From an uncultured Alphaproteobacteria bacterium (GTDB taxonomy: Bacteria > Pseudomonadota > Alphaproteobacteria > HIMB59 > GCA-002718135), in NCBI GenBank assembly GCA_902560725.1, contig CACEMR010000002.1, forward strand, positions 287 to 64,286: 64,000 nucleotides of DNA, written 5' to 3'. The notes under the pieces are model-generated. The model had not been told where the DNA came from, searched no databases, and saw only the letters and a list, made by a program, of their open reading frames with translations. The translations under genes and the position numbers were made by a program. This document shows, one piece after another, positions 63,921 to 64,000 of this stretch. Within the stretch, counting starts at the first letter, position 1; each line of letters begins with the position of its first letter.

Positions 63921-64000
63921 ATGAAAAAAATAATACTAATTGCTTTTTCATTAGTTTTTTCTTTTTCTGTAACAAAAGCTAATGCAGAAGTTTACGGTCC
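63921..64000 (+). CDS. Secreted protein, 5' fragment (runs off window)
   Basis: AAGGA RBS then MKKIILIAFSLVFSFSVTKANA-EVYG, a Sec signal peptide with an A-x-A site. Confidence 0.75.
   Translation, partial: MKKIILIAFSLVFSFSVTKANAEVYG

Overview
AT-rich, densely packed core-genome segment of a streamlined alphaproteobacterium. The taxonomy (marine SAR11/HIMB59-like) is inferred from gene order and composition only. It spans the probable replication origin: leuS-lptE-holA, parB-parA-rsmG-mnmG-mnmE-rho, a ~410 bp oriC-like gap, then maf-aroE-coaE-dnaQ, with two parS palindromes nearby. The rest holds hslUV, his genes, hrcA-grpE-dnaK-dnaJ, pyc, a nucleoside ABC transporter and salvage genes, katG, ribA, hemB, thrS, cysS, a very AT-rich pab/fol cluster, hsp20 and hupE/ureJ. 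No tRNA, rRNA, CRISPR or mobile element was seen. Best leads: (1) an orphan TrpF homolog abutting a folE-less folate cluster with a stand-alone ribA nearby, suggesting a FolE-bypass pterin route; (2) a long terminal intergenic region with Irr/ICE-like boxes and two strongly paired RNA-like structures; (3) apparently inverted strand skew centred on the origin; (4) a phage-type lysozyme in the usual mltA slot; (5) a double-PAP2 fusion next to an ArnT/Rgt-like glycosyltransferase.
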